Program-made: the position numbers and the translations under genes
The notes under the pieces: generated by a model
Seen by the model: only the letters and a program-made list of their open reading frames with translations
Told to the model about the DNA's origin: nothing
Database searches by the model: none
Shown: positions 34,747-43,968 of the stretch, piece by piece
How the letters are laid out: every line of letters begins with the position of its first letter
Numbering within the stretch: the stretch's first letter is position 1
DNA from: Alphaproteobacteria bacterium
GTDB lineage: Bacteria; Pseudomonadota; Alphaproteobacteria; UBA828
Reading direction: 5' to 3'
Assembly: GCA_965237415.1 (NCBI GenBank)
Contig: CBDEFM010000002.1
Location: 2,656,001-2,720,000 of the forward strand
Length of the DNA: 64,000 bases

Positions 34747-36404
34747 TCTCGGTATTCCTCGGATAGTGCGTCTGCGGGCGGCGCGGCCCCGCGAATGAAC
34801 TCGGCCGCCTTCTCGCCGATCATGATGGCGGGCGCGTTGGTGTTGCCGCTGACAATGACGGGCATGACGGACGCGTCGGCGACCCGGAGCCCTTCGATGC
34901 CGTGGACGGCGAGCCGGGCGTCCACCACCGCCATCGGGTCCCAGCCCATGCGGCAGGTGCCGACGGGATGAAAGGTCGTCATCGCATTGGCGCGGAGCCA
35001 CGCGGTGAGCTCTTTGTCGCTCTGCATATCGCCGCCGGGCGTGAGCTCGCGGCCGCGAAAGGCGGCGAAGGCCGGCTGCCCGATGACGTCGCGGACCATG
35101 CGGATGCCCGTGATCGTTGTCCGGCAATCGGCTTCGTCCTGCAGATAGTTGGGCTGGATCAGCGGCGGCGCGGCGGGGTCGGCGGAGTTAAGACCGATCC
35201 AGCCTCGGCTCTCGGGGTTGAGCGGGCCCACGCGCAGGCTGAATCCGTGGGTGTCCTCGACCGACGCCTTCTCGAAGGGTGTCGGCAGGTGCAGGTTCGC
35301 CGTCTTCTCCAGCGCCGGCATGAAGTGCACCTGGATATCCGGCGCCAACAGGTCCGCCCGGCTCTTGAGGAAGGCGCCGGCTTCGTAGGGGAAGGTCGTC
35401 GCCACCCCGCGGCCGAAGAGCATCCCCTCGGCCACCGAGCGGATCATTCTGTCGGCCCGGAGGTCGCGGTAGAGGGTGACCGGCTTGGTGCAGGCGTAGG
35501 CGAGGACGCAGTCGACGTGATCCTGGAGGTTCCGGCCGACGCCGGGGAGCTCGTGCACCACGGGGATGCCGTGCCGCTTCAACTCTTCGCCGGGCCCGAT
35601 GCCCGAGAGCATGAGGAGCTGGGGCGAGTTGACTGTGCCGGCGCAGAGGATGACCTCGCGCTCCGCGTGGATCGTGCGCGTTGCGCTTCCCTCCGCCACC
35701 TCGACTCCGGTCGCACGGCCGCCGTCCAAGACCACGCGGCGCACCAGGCAGCCGGTGGCGATCGCCAAATTGCGCCGATGCCGGATGGGGCGCAGAAAGG
35801 CGGCGGAGGTGGAGCAACGTTTGCCCCGCCTGATGGTGAAGTCGTAGCGCCCAAAACCCTGCTGCTCCGCACCGTTGAAGTCGTCGTTGACGGGCCAGCC
35901 GGCCTGACGGCCCGCCTCGACAAAAACGTCGAACAGCGGGTTCGCACCGCGTGCGCGGCAGACCGTGAGCTCGCCGCCTGTCCCGTGATAGGCGCCGTCG
36001 CGCTCCACATGCCCTTCGGAGCGGCAAAAGGCCGGCAGCAGGTCATCGTAGGACCAGCCGCCAAGGCCCATTTGCGCCCATCGGTCATAGTCGTGGCGGT
36101 TGCCGCGCACGTAGATCATGCCGTTGATGGTCGAGGAGCCGCCCAGCACCTTGCCGCGCGGCCAGTAGAGCGCGCGGCCGCCCAGGCTCGGCACCGGCTC
36201 GGTGTGGTAGCGCCAGTTGTAGATGCCGGAGTGGAACAGCCGACCCATCAGCATGGGCAGTCGGAACAGAGGGTTGCGGTCCTTGCCGCCGGCCTCGATG
36301 AGGAGGACCGAACGCTCAGGGTCGGCCGAGAGCCTGTTGGCGAGCACGCATCCGGCGGAGCCCGCGCCGACGATGACGGAGTCGAAGAAGCGCCCGCGCG
36401 GCAT
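34743..36404 (-). CDS. GMC-family FAD oxidoreductase (choline dehydrogenase-like)
   Basis: GAGSAG, RGKVLGGSSTINGM.Y.RG, SPQLLMLSGIG, NLQDH, HPVGTCRMG, GNTNAP. Confidence 0.93.
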   Translation of the reverse strand: MPRGRFFDSVIVGAGSAGCVLANRLSADPERSVLLIEAGGKDRNPLFRLPMLMGRLFHSGIYNWRYHTEPVPSLGGRALYWPRGKVLGGSSTINGMIYVRGNRHDYDRWAQMGLGGWSYDDLLPAFCRSEGHVERDGAYHGTGGELTVCRARGANPLFDVFVEAGRQAGWPVNDDFNGAEQQGFGRYDFTIRRGKRCSTSAAFLRPIRHRRNLAIATGCLVRRVVLDGGRATGVEVAEGSATRTIHAEREVILCAGTVNSPQLLMLSGIGPGEELKRHGIPVVHELPGVGRNLQDHVDCVLAYACTKPVTLYRDLRADRMIRSVAEGMLFGRGVATTFPYEAGAFLKSRADLLAPDIQVHFMPALEKTANLHLPTPFEKASVEDTHGFSLRVGPLNPESRGWIGLNSADPAAPPLIQPNYLQDEADCRTTITGIRMVRDVIGQPAFAAFRGRELTPGGDMQSDKELTAWLRANAMTTFHPVGTCRMGWDPMAVVDARLAVHGIEGLRVADASVMPVIVSGNTNAPAIMIGEKAAEFIRGAAPPADALSEEYRE

Positions 36405-36407
36405 CGG

Positions 36408-37259
36408 CTACCAGTCCACCGGCGCCGCGCCCATGGCACGCAGCCGCCGGTTGCAGAGCGCGAACGGGTTCTCTTGCGCGAGGACCTCTCGGGCTTGGGC
36501 CGGGTGGGGGCGAAGGATGACGCGCTCGTCGCCTGCGTCGGACCCGCACAGCCCCGCCGTCCGGAGTGTCTCCACTGCCGCATCGCCGAAGCCCAGGATA
36601 ACGACGGGTGTGCCCCTCTCCGCGAGATGGGTGAGCACCCGGATCATCAAGGGGCGCCAGAGCGGCAGGTGGCCCTGCACCTGGTGCGGATCGCCCTCGC
36701 GCAGGAAGCGCGTGAGCGTGAGCGAGGCATTCAGGAGCAGCACGCCGGAGGCGACCCAGCGATCGGCCAGCGCCTCGGGCGCCTCCAGATCGACCGCGCC
36801 CTGTTCGATGGCCGCGAGAGTCGCGGGCCACTGCGCGACGCCTTGGGCGTGTCGCGCCTCGCCGGGCCGCGCGGCGAGGATCATCTGGATGAACGCGCGG
36901 ACGCTCGGGGAGAACATCTTGTCGAGCTCGCGCCAGCGCGCGACGTTGCCGGCCTCGAAGGCCCGGCCGGTGGCGAAGGCGGGGCAGGGATAAGGGTCCT
37001 GCCCCAGGATCACGCAGCGCACATCCCCGGGCGCGATCCCATCGAAGGCGCGGAGCATGTGCGCGCCTGCCGGCGCGCCGGGGAAGACCATTCCGCGCCG
37101 AGCCGGGAAGATCGGCTCCCAGGGCTCCAATTCGAGCGTGGGGTCGACATCGTCGAATGCCAGCGAAACAGTGCGGACGACAGCGCGCCAGGGAGGATCG
37201 ATATCCTCGCGCCAGCCGCGCAGCGTGTCCTGGAGCGCCGCTTGCAGTGGCATGACCAT
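36408..37259 (-). CDS. Uracil-DNA glycosylase family-1-like protein (divergent DNA-binding loops)
   Basis: VILGQDPYP, ATGRAF, GVLLLNASLT, HPA; start at ATG 37259 or 37253. Confidence 0.8.
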   Translation of the reverse strand: MVMPLQAALQDTLRGWREDIDPPWRAVVRTVSLAFDDVDPTLELEPWEPIFPARRGMVFPGAPAGAHMLRAFDGIAPGDVRCVILGQDPYPCPAFATGRAFEAGNVARWRELDKMFSPSVRAFIQMILAARPGEARHAQGVAQWPATLAAIEQGAVDLEAPEALADRWVASGVLLLNASLTLTRFLREGDPHQVQGHLPLWRPLMIRVLTHLAERGTPVVILGFGDAAVETLRTAGLCGSDAGDERVILRPHPAQAREVLAQENPFALCNRRLRAMGAAPVDW

Positions 37260-37288
37260 GGCGTCCGCTTGCTCCCGCCCGCCCCAAA

Positions 37289-37344
37289 AACCTGACATGC
37301 GTGTCAGGTTCAACGATTCGGCAACCGGACACGCGCGTCAAGTT
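37289..37344. promoter_or_regulatory. Two related 22-bp inverted repeats (candidate TetR operators)
   Basis: AACCTGACAtgcgTGTCAGGTT (37289-37310) and AACCGGACAcgcgCGTCAAGTT (37323-37344) in the divergent gap. Confidence 0.7.
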
Positions 37345-37425
37345 TTTTCTTATGTCCCGTCCGGGCCGCGCGGCTAGACTGCATGCGTCGCCGGCATACG
37401 CAGGGAGTACTCTGCGACACGAGGG

Positions 37426-38094
37426 ATGAGCATGACGAAGACGATGCGGGCAGAAGCGGGAAACGACGCCCCGGAGCCGAGAATCCGGGCCAGGAACAAG
37501 GAGCGGATCCTGCGCGCCGCCGTCGATCTCTTCGCCGACAAGAGCTTCCACGGCACGCACGTCAAGGAGATCGCGCAGGCGAGCGGCCTGCCGAAGACCA
37601 ACGTCTACTACTACTTCCCCACCAAGGAGAGCATCTACACGGCCGTGATCGAGCGGCTGATCGAGGGCTGGGACCGCGCCTTCGAGCATATCGTGCCCGA
37701 GCGCGAGCCGCGCGAGGCCATTGCCGCCTACATCCGTGCGAAGCTGGAATATTCGCGCCGCCACGCCGCAGAATCCCGCTTCTTCGCCAACGAGATCCTG
37801 CGCGGCGCTCAGTTTCTGGAGCGGCGCCAGCGCCAGCATATCCGCGACGTGACCACCCAACGCGCCCATGTGGTGGAGGAATGGATCCGGCGGGGGCAGA
37901 TGGCACCGGTGGATGCGCGCCACTTCTTCATCATGCTGTGGTCGGCGACCCAGTTCTATGCGGATTTCGGGGCGCTGGCCGCCGATGTGCTGGAGAAGCG
38001 GAGTCTCACGAAGAAGGATTTCGACGCCGCGGCGGAGACGATGACACGGGTTATCCTGGACGGGTGCTGCGCTCCGCCGCGGTCTTTGCGTTGA
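37426..38094 (+). CDS. TetR-family regulator, RutR-like
   Basis: IRARNKERILRAA...GLPKTNVYYYF; YIRAKLEYSR, SRFFANEI, IMLWSATQFYADF resemble the RutR C-terminal domain. Confidence 0.88.
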   Translation: MSMTKTMRAEAGNDAPEPRIRARNKERILRAAVDLFADKSFHGTHVKEIAQASGLPKTNVYYYFPTKESIYTAVIERLIEGWDRAFEHIVPEREPREAIAAYIRAKLEYSRRHAAESRFFANEILRGAQFLERRQRQHIRDVTTQRAHVVEEWIRRGQMAPVDARHFFIMLWSATQFYADFGALAADVLEKRSLTKKDFDAAAETMTRVILDGCCAPPRSLR

Positions 38095-38187
38095 AGCCAG
38101 GGACGCGCCTCGACGGGAGCCATTTGGCGGCTCTCACACCGGCCGTCGCGCGTGCGATCCAATCCGGATGTACCGCTGCCGCACCGC

Positions 38188-38215
38188 TTGCGAAGCGGGA
38201 GCGATGATGTATAGT
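38188..38215 (+). promoter_or_regulatory. Sigma-70-type promoter of rpsF-rpsR-rplI
   Basis: TTGCGA-16 bp-TATAGT about 85 bp upstream of rpsF. Confidence 0.55.
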
Positions 38216-38299
38216 CCGCCGCTTGGGTTTTCCGCCCTGCCTCAGCGGGGCGGGTGAGCCTCCACGCGCAGCGACCGATACTCAGGAGAACAGCGCCGC

Positions 38300-38878
38300 A
38301 TGCCGCTCTACGAGAGCACGTTTATCGCGCGTCCCGATATCTCGTCCCAACAGGTGGACGGCCTTGCCGAGCAGTTTCGCGAGATTGTGACGGAGGCCGG
38401 TGGCGAGGTCGCCAAGACCGAATATTGGGGGCTGCGCAGCCTTGCGTATCGCATCAAGAAGAACCGCAAGGGCCACTACTATTTCATGAACATCGATGCG
38501 CCGGCGGAAGCGATCAACGCCATGGAGCACACGATGCGCATCAACGAGGACGTCATTCGCTACCTCACGGTGCGGGTCGAGGAGCACGACCCCAACCCGG
38601 CGCCGCTCACGCAGTCGCGCGGACGCGGACGCGATGGGCGCGGCGGTCGCGGTGGACGGTGGGAGAGCCGCGGCGGCGAAGGACGGCGCCGGGAGGACGG
38701 CGGCGAGCGCGGCGAACGCAGGGAACGTGATGGGCCCCGTGAGCGCCAAGACGCCGCGCCGGCGGACGCCGCACCGGCAGATGCGGGCGCTGAGCCCAGC
38801 GCGGCCGCCCCAGTCGGCGATGCGGTAGGCGGCAGCGAGGCAGGCAGCGGCGGCGCCGAGGAGAAGAGCGATGGCTGA
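38300..38878 (+). CDS. rpsF: 30S ribosomal protein S6 with long C-terminal tail
   Basis: [33 protein letters not shown]. Confidence 0.97.
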   Translation: MPLYESTFIARPDISSQQVDGLAEQFREIVTEAGGEVAKTEYWGLRSLAYRIKKNRKGHYYFMNIDAPAEAINAMEHTMRINEDVIRYLTVRVEEHDPNPAPLTQSRGRGRDGRGGRGGRWESRGGEGRRREDGGERGERRERDGPRERQDAAPADAAPADAGAEPSAAAPVGDAVGGSEAGSGGAEEKSDG

Positions 38879-39257
38879 AGGCGAACGGACCGAGAGCGGC
38901 CCGCCACCCGCCGGTGCAAGTCGGCCGGAGCCGAGCGGCGGCGGGCGCAGCCAGCATCCCTTTGGCGGCCCGCGCCACGGCGGCGGGCATGGCGGCGGTC
39001 GCGGCGGCGGGGGCGTGCCCGTGGTCTCGTTCCCCAGGCGCCCGTTCTTCCGCCGCAAGAAGTCCTGCCCCTTCAGTGGGGCCAATGCGCCGAAGATCGA
39101 CTATCGCGACGTGAAGCTGCTTCAGCGCTTCCTCTCCGAGCGGGGCAAGATCGTGCCGAGCCGCATCACCGCAGTGTCGGCCAAGAAGCAGCGGGAGCTC
39201 GCACGCGCGATCAAGCGTGCGCGTCATCTGGCGCTGCTGCCCTACGTCATCAAATAG
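38871..39257 (+). CDS. rpsR: 30S ribosomal protein S18 with Gly-rich N-terminal extension
   Basis: [36 protein letters not shown]. Confidence 0.97.
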   Translation: MAEGERTESGPPPAGASRPEPSGGGRSQHPFGGPRHGGGHGGGRGGGGVPVVSFPRRPFFRRKKSCPFSGANAPKIDYRDVKLLQRFLSERGKIVPSRITAVSAKKQRELARAIKRARHLALLPYVIK

Positions 39258-39326
39258 CCAGGTAGCCGGTCTTCGCCCGGTACCGGCGCTTCGGGCCGGG
39301 CGATCCGCCAAGCGGAGAACAAGGGC

Positions 39327-39989
39327 ATGGAAATCATCTTGCTCGAGAGGATCGAGAAGCTCGGCGGGATGGGCGATATCGTCGGGGTGAAGGACGGCTA
39401 TGCCCGCAACTTCTTGCTTCCCCGCAAGAAGGCTCTCCGCGCCACGCCCGAGAACATGGAGCGCTTCGAGCGCGAGCGCGAAGCGCTGGAGAATCTGAAC
39501 AGCGACCGGCGCGATGCCGCGAGCTCGGCCGCGACACGGTTGGAGGGGGAGAGCATCGTCCTCATCCGCCAGGCAAGCGACACGCTGCAACTCTACGGCT
39601 CCGTCAACGCGCGCGATGTCGCCGAGGCGATGGCCGAGCGGGGCGCCGAGGTCAGGCGCCAGCAGGTGCGTTTGGATCGCCCCATCAAGTCGCTCGGCAT
39701 GCATGACGTGCGCATCGCGCTCCACCCGGAGGTGATGGTGACGGTCAAGGTCAATGTCGCCCGCTCGCCCGAGGAAGCGAAGATCCAGGCTCGAGGCGGC
39801 ACGATCCTCGACGAGGCTGAGGATTTGGCGGAGGAGGCTGCAGAGGGCGATACGCCAAAGTGGGAGCACCCGGCGAACGAAGACGGTGATGCGCCGGATG
39901 CCGCGGCGGCCACAGATGAGGCCACCGAAACCGCCGATGCGGGCGTCGGCACCGACGGCGGCGCAGACGAAGACCTGCCCAGCGCCTAG
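39327..39989 (+). CDS. rplI: 50S ribosomal protein L9
   Basis: VKDGYARNFLLP, LYGSV, LHPEV, VNVARS; acidic tail. Confidence 0.97.
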   Translation: MEIILLERIEKLGGMGDIVGVKDGYARNFLLPRKKALRATPENMERFEREREALENLNSDRRDAASSAATRLEGESIVLIRQASDTLQLYGSVNARDVAEAMAERGAEVRRQQVRLDRPIKSLGMHDVRIALHPEVMVTVKVNVARSPEEAKIQARGGTILDEAEDLAEEAAEGDTPKWEHPANEDGDAPDAAAATDEATETADAGVGTDGGADEDLPSA

Positions 39990-40014
39990 GCTGGAATCCA
40001 CGAGGCCCTGAACC

Positions 40015-41229
40015 ATGCTGGTCGCGCCCCTGCTCAAGATATTGATGAGGCGGGGCACGCTCGGCGTGGTCGATGCACGGGGCAAACTCCACACCTTCAA
40101 GGGCGCGCCGGGGCCCAGCGTCACCATCCGGCTGCACGACCGCTCGCTTCACTGGAAGCTCCTGTGGAACTCGCGCCTCGTCGTCGGCGAAGCCTACATG
40201 GACGGCACGCTGACGCTGGAGGACGACGCGACCATCCGCGATTTCCTGCACCTGGTCGGCGCGAACATCCACCTGCTCGACGAGAACGCGGTGGTCAAGG
40301 CGCGCAACTGGCTCGCGCAATGGGTCCGCCCGCTGCAGCAGCACAACCCCATCGGCCGTGCTCGGCAGAACGTGGCCCATCACTACGATCTATCGGACGA
40401 CCTCTACGACCTCTTCCTCGATCCCGATCGGCAGTATTCCTGCGCCTACTTCGACACGCCCAACCACTCGCTGGAGCAGGCCCAGCACGCCAAGAAGCGC
40501 CATCTCGCGTCGAAGCTGCTGCTCGACCGGCCCGGCCTCAGCGTGCTCGACATCGGCTCCGGCTGGGGCGGCCTCGGCATCTACCTGCACGAGCAAGCCG
40601 GCGTGGCCGTGACGGGTCTCACGCTGTCGCGCGAGCAGCAGGCCTATGCGTCGGCGCGCGCGCAAAAGCTCGGCATTCAGGAGCACGTGGCCTTCCATCT
40701 GCGCGACTATCGCGAGGACACCGGCACTTACGATCGCGTCGTCTCGGTCGGCATGTTCGAGCATGTGGGCGTCAAACACTACGTCGAGTTCTTTCGCACG
40801 CTGGAGCGGCTGCTAAAGGAGGATGGCGTCGCCCTGCTCCACACCATCGCCCGCTGGGACGGGCCGAGCGTCACCAATCCGTGGCTGCGCAAGTACATAT
40901 TCCCCGGCGGCTATTGCCCGTCGCTCTCCGAGATGTTCGCCGCGCTGGAGCAGACCGGGCTCAAGTCCCTCGATGTGGAGATGCTGCGCCTGCACTACGC
41001 CAATACGCTCAAGCATTGGTCGCGCAACTTCCAGGCGAGCCGCGAGCGGGTGAAGGAATTCTACGACGAGCGCTTCTGCCGGATGTGGGAGTTCTACCTC
41101 GCGGGCGCCGAGGCGGCCTTCCGCCACCAGGATCACATGGTGGCCCAGATCCAGCTCGCCCGGAGCCAGGACGCGGCGCCGCTGACCCGCGACTACATGG
41201 TCGATTGGGAGCGCGCCCACGCCGCCTGA
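40015..41229 (+). CDS. cfa: Cyclopropane-fatty-acyl-phospholipid synthase family methyltransferase
   Basis: HHYDLS, QYSCAYF, LDIGSGWGG, SVGMFEHVG, YIFPGG, RMWEFYL. Confidence 0.9.
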   Translation: MLVAPLLKILMRRGTLGVVDARGKLHTFKGAPGPSVTIRLHDRSLHWKLLWNSRLVVGEAYMDGTLTLEDDATIRDFLHLVGANIHLLDENAVVKARNWLAQWVRPLQQHNPIGRARQNVAHHYDLSDDLYDLFLDPDRQYSCAYFDTPNHSLEQAQHAKKRHLASKLLLDRPGLSVLDIGSGWGGLGIYLHEQAGVAVTGLTLSREQQAYASARAQKLGIQEHVAFHLRDYREDTGTYDRVVSVGMFEHVGVKHYVEFFRTLERLLKEDGVALLHTIARWDGPSVTNPWLRKYIFPGGYCPSLSEMFAALEQTGLKSLDVEMLRLHYANTLKHWSRNFQASRERVKEFYDERFCRMWEFYLAGAEAAFRHQDHMVAQIQLARSQDAAPLTRDYMVDWERAHAA

Positions 41230-41262
41230 GCCCGCAGGGCTCCGCAGACCGGTTCCAACTGG

Positions 41263-41466
41263 TTTTCCACAATCTTTCCTCGTCTGTGGTGTTGTGAGTC
41301 AGCCAGATAGGGAGCGTACTCCCCGCTTCTCACAGCCTGTAGGACAAATTTCTCCCCGCAATTCACCTCCGTGTCGTGTACCGGCGGTTTCTCACACCCG
41401 ACTCGGCGCTAGGAGTTTGTCCGGCAACCGAAAGCTGCGTTTTCCACATATTCCGGCTGTGGATGT
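41263..41466. promoter_or_regulatory. DnaA-box-like cluster upstream of dnaB
   Basis: TTTTCCACA at 41263 and 41440, TGTGGATGT at 41458, plus weaker boxes between. Confidence 0.5.
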
Positions 41467-41546
41467 TTGAAAAATTGCGAACGAATCCAATATCTTAAAC
41501 GCCTCTTCGAGTAGCCGCCTCAGTGTGTACGGTGTATAAATCAGGC

Positions 41547-43043
41547 ATGGCCACGCGCGTCCCCCTTGAAGAAGCAACAACCGAGACGCCGGGCTACCGC
41601 TCGCCGCCCAGCAACCTCGAGGCCGAACAGGCGCTCCTCGGCGCGCTGCTGGTCAACAACGAGGCCGCCAGCCTGGTGAGCGCCTTCCTGCTGCCGGAAC
41701 ATTTCTTTCTGCCGGTGCATGGCCGCATCTACGACGCCATCCTCCGCATGATCGAACGCGGGCAGATCGCCAACCCCGTGACCCTCAAGCACTATTTCGA
41801 GCGGGACGAGGCGCTGGAGGAAGCCGGCGGTGGGCGGTATCTGGCGCGGCTTGCGGGCTCCGCCGTGACGGTGATCAACGCCGAGCACTATGGGCGCGCG
41901 ATCCACGACCTGGCGATGCGCCGCGCGCTGGTCTCCATCGGCGAAGAGGTGGTGAACGACGCCTACGACGGGCCGCTCGATCAGCCCGCGTCGGACCAGA
42001 TCGAGGAGGCCGAACACCGGCTCTATCAGCTCGCCGAAGACGGCCGCGTCGACCCCGGCGGGCAGCAGTTCGCCGCGCCCCTCGCCAGCGCCGTGGAGAT
42101 GATCGAGCAGGCCTACAAGCGCGACAGGCCGCTCACCGGCGCGCCGACCGGCTTCGTCGATCTCGACCGCCTGCTGGGCGGGCTGCACGCCTCCGACCTG
42201 ATCATCCTGGCCGGCCGCCCCGGCATGGGGAAGACGGCGCTCGCGACCAATATCGCCTTCAACGCCGCAACGCGCTTCAGCGCCGGCGGCGAGGGGCCGG
42301 ACGGCGCAGGACCGCCCGACGGCGCCAAGGTCGCGTTCTTCTCGCTCGAAATGTCGGCCGAGCAGCTCGCGACGAGGATCCTCGCCGAGCAGACCGAAAT
42401 CTCGTCGGACAGGCTGCGGCGCGGCGAGGTGCGCGATACGGATTTCGACCGGATTGTCCGGGCCTGCCGAACGATGGAGGATCTGCCGCTCTTCATCGAC
42501 GATTCGCCCGCGCTCACCATCGCGGGCCTTCGCGCCCGGTCCCGCCGACTCAAGCGGCGCCACGGCGTCTCGATGATCGTCGTCGACTATCTGCAGCTCA
42601 TGCGGCCGACCACCAGCATGCGGCTCAACAACCGCGTCCAGGAAGTCTCGGAGGTGACGCAAGGCCTCAAGGCGCTCGCCAAGGATCTCGATTTGCCGGT
42701 GCTGGCGCTGGCGCAGCTCAGCCGCGCCGTCGAGCAGCGCGACGACAAGCGGCCGCAGCTCGCGGACTTGCGGGAATCGGGCTCCATCGAGCAGGACGCG
42801 GACGTGGTCATGTTCATCTACCGCGAGCAGTACTACCTTGCGCGCAAGGAGCCCGAGGAGGGCACCGCCGACCACGCCGAGTGGCAGGAGAAGATGGACA
42901 AGGTCCACAACAAGGCCGAGGTCATCATCGCCAAGCAGCGCCACGGCCCGATCGGCAAGGTGGAGCTCTACTTCAACGCCCTGCTGACCAAATTCGACAA
43001 CCTCGACAAGATCCACGAGCCGGCGGACGATCCTCCATTCTGA
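41547..43043 (+). CDS. dnaB: Replicative DNA helicase
   Basis: EAEQALLG, AGRPGMGKT, FSLEMS, VDYLQL, QLSR, DLRESGSIEQDAD, KQRHGP. Confidence 0.98.
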   Translation: MATRVPLEEATTETPGYRSPPSNLEAEQALLGALLVNNEAASLVSAFLLPEHFFLPVHGRIYDAILRMIERGQIANPVTLKHYFERDEALEEAGGGRYLARLAGSAVTVINAEHYGRAIHDLAMRRALVSIGEEVVNDAYDGPLDQPASDQIEEAEHRLYQLAEDGRVDPGGQQFAAPLASAVEMIEQAYKRDRPLTGAPTGFVDLDRLLGGLHASDLIILAGRPGMGKTALATNIAFNAATRFSAGGEGPDGAGPPDGAKVAFFSLEMSAEQLATRILAEQTEISSDRLRRGEVRDTDFDRIVRACRTMEDLPLFIDDSPALTIAGLRARSRRLKRRHGVSMIVVDYLQLMRPTTSMRLNNRVQEVSEVTQGLKALAKDLDLPVLALAQLSRAVEQRDDKRPQLADLRESGSIEQDADVVMFIYREQYYLARKEPEEGTADHAEWQEKMDKVHNKAEVIIAKQRHGPIGKVELYFNALLTKFDNLDKIHEPADDPPF

Positions 43044-43188
43044 GGACAGCACCCCGGCCAGGCAGAAGAAAGCCGTTCGGACTCACCGCGTTTACGGCGG
43101 CCGAGCCGTTGACTACAGTTCCCCGCGCTTGGCGCCGAGTCGGGGCCTGGACGGATCGGCCCGTAGGCGTCATCGACGGGAACGCTGC

Positions 43189-43968
43189 GTGAAGAGCAAT
43201 CCGCTGCAGGCGATCGGCCATGGCGTCCTGGCACTGTTCGGGGCCATCGGCCGCCTCTCCCTCTTCGCGATGGAGGCGACCTCGCACTGCGCGAGGCCGC
43301 CGTTCTACCCGCGGTTCCTGCTGCGCCAGATGGTCGAGATCGGCTTCTATTCCCTGCCGGTGGTCGGGCTGACCGGCCTCTTCGCCGGCATGGTGCTGGC
43401 GCTGCAAAGCCATACCGGGTTCTCCCGATTCTCGGCCGAGAGCACGATTCCGACCGTTGTGGTGCTCTCGATCACCCGCGAGCTCGGGCCGGTGCTGGCA
43501 GGTCTCATGGTTGCCGGCCGGGTCGGCGCCGCAATGGCGGCCGAACTCGGCACCATGCGGGTCACCGAGCAGATCGACGCGCTCACCACGCTGTCGACCA
43601 ATCCGTACAAGTACCTGATCGTGCCGCGCCTCGTCGCCGGCTTTTTCATGCTGCCGTTCCTCGTCCTGGTTGCCGATATCATCGGCGTCTTCGGCGGCTA
43701 TCTGGTCGGCGTCTACAAGCTCGGCTTTAACCCGGATGCCTACATCACCAACACCCTCGAATATCTGGAGACGATGGACGTGGTCTCCGGCCTCGTCAAA
43801 GCCGCCGTCTTCGGATACCTGATCGCGCTGATGGGCTGCTACCACGGCTTTTATTCGAAGGGTGGCGCCCAGGGCGTGGGCAAGGCCACCACCAATGCCG
43901 TCGTGACCGGCGCGATTCTGGTGCTGATCTTCAACTACATCATCACGGAGGCGTTCTTCGCCCGATGA
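43189..43968 (+). CDS. mlaE: MlaE-family ABC permease
   Basis: RELGPVL, AELGTMRVTEQIDAL, GVGKATT; GTG at 43189. Confidence 0.9.
   Translation: MKSNPLQAIGHGVLALFGAIGRLSLFAMEATSHCARPPFYPRFLLRQMVEIGFYSLPVVGLTGLFAGMVLALQSHTGFSRFSAESTIPTVVVLSITRELGPVLAGLMVAGRVGAAMAAELGTMRVTEQIDALTTLSTNPYKYLIVPRLVAGFFMLPFLVLVADIIGVFGGYLVGVYKLGFNPDAYITNTLEYLETMDVVSGLVKAAVFGYLIALMGCYHGFYSKGGAQGVGKATTNAVVTGAILVLIFNYIITEAFFAR

Noticed and set aside
34743-36404. Calling the GMC enzyme betA
   Set aside because: No betB/betI context; the neighbours point to nucleoside metabolism, so it is left at family level.
6030-38094. Treating the whole accessory stretch as a mobile genomic island
   Set aside because: No integrase, transposase, tRNA or long flanking repeats, and composition looks native except for ~7.1-8.5 kb.
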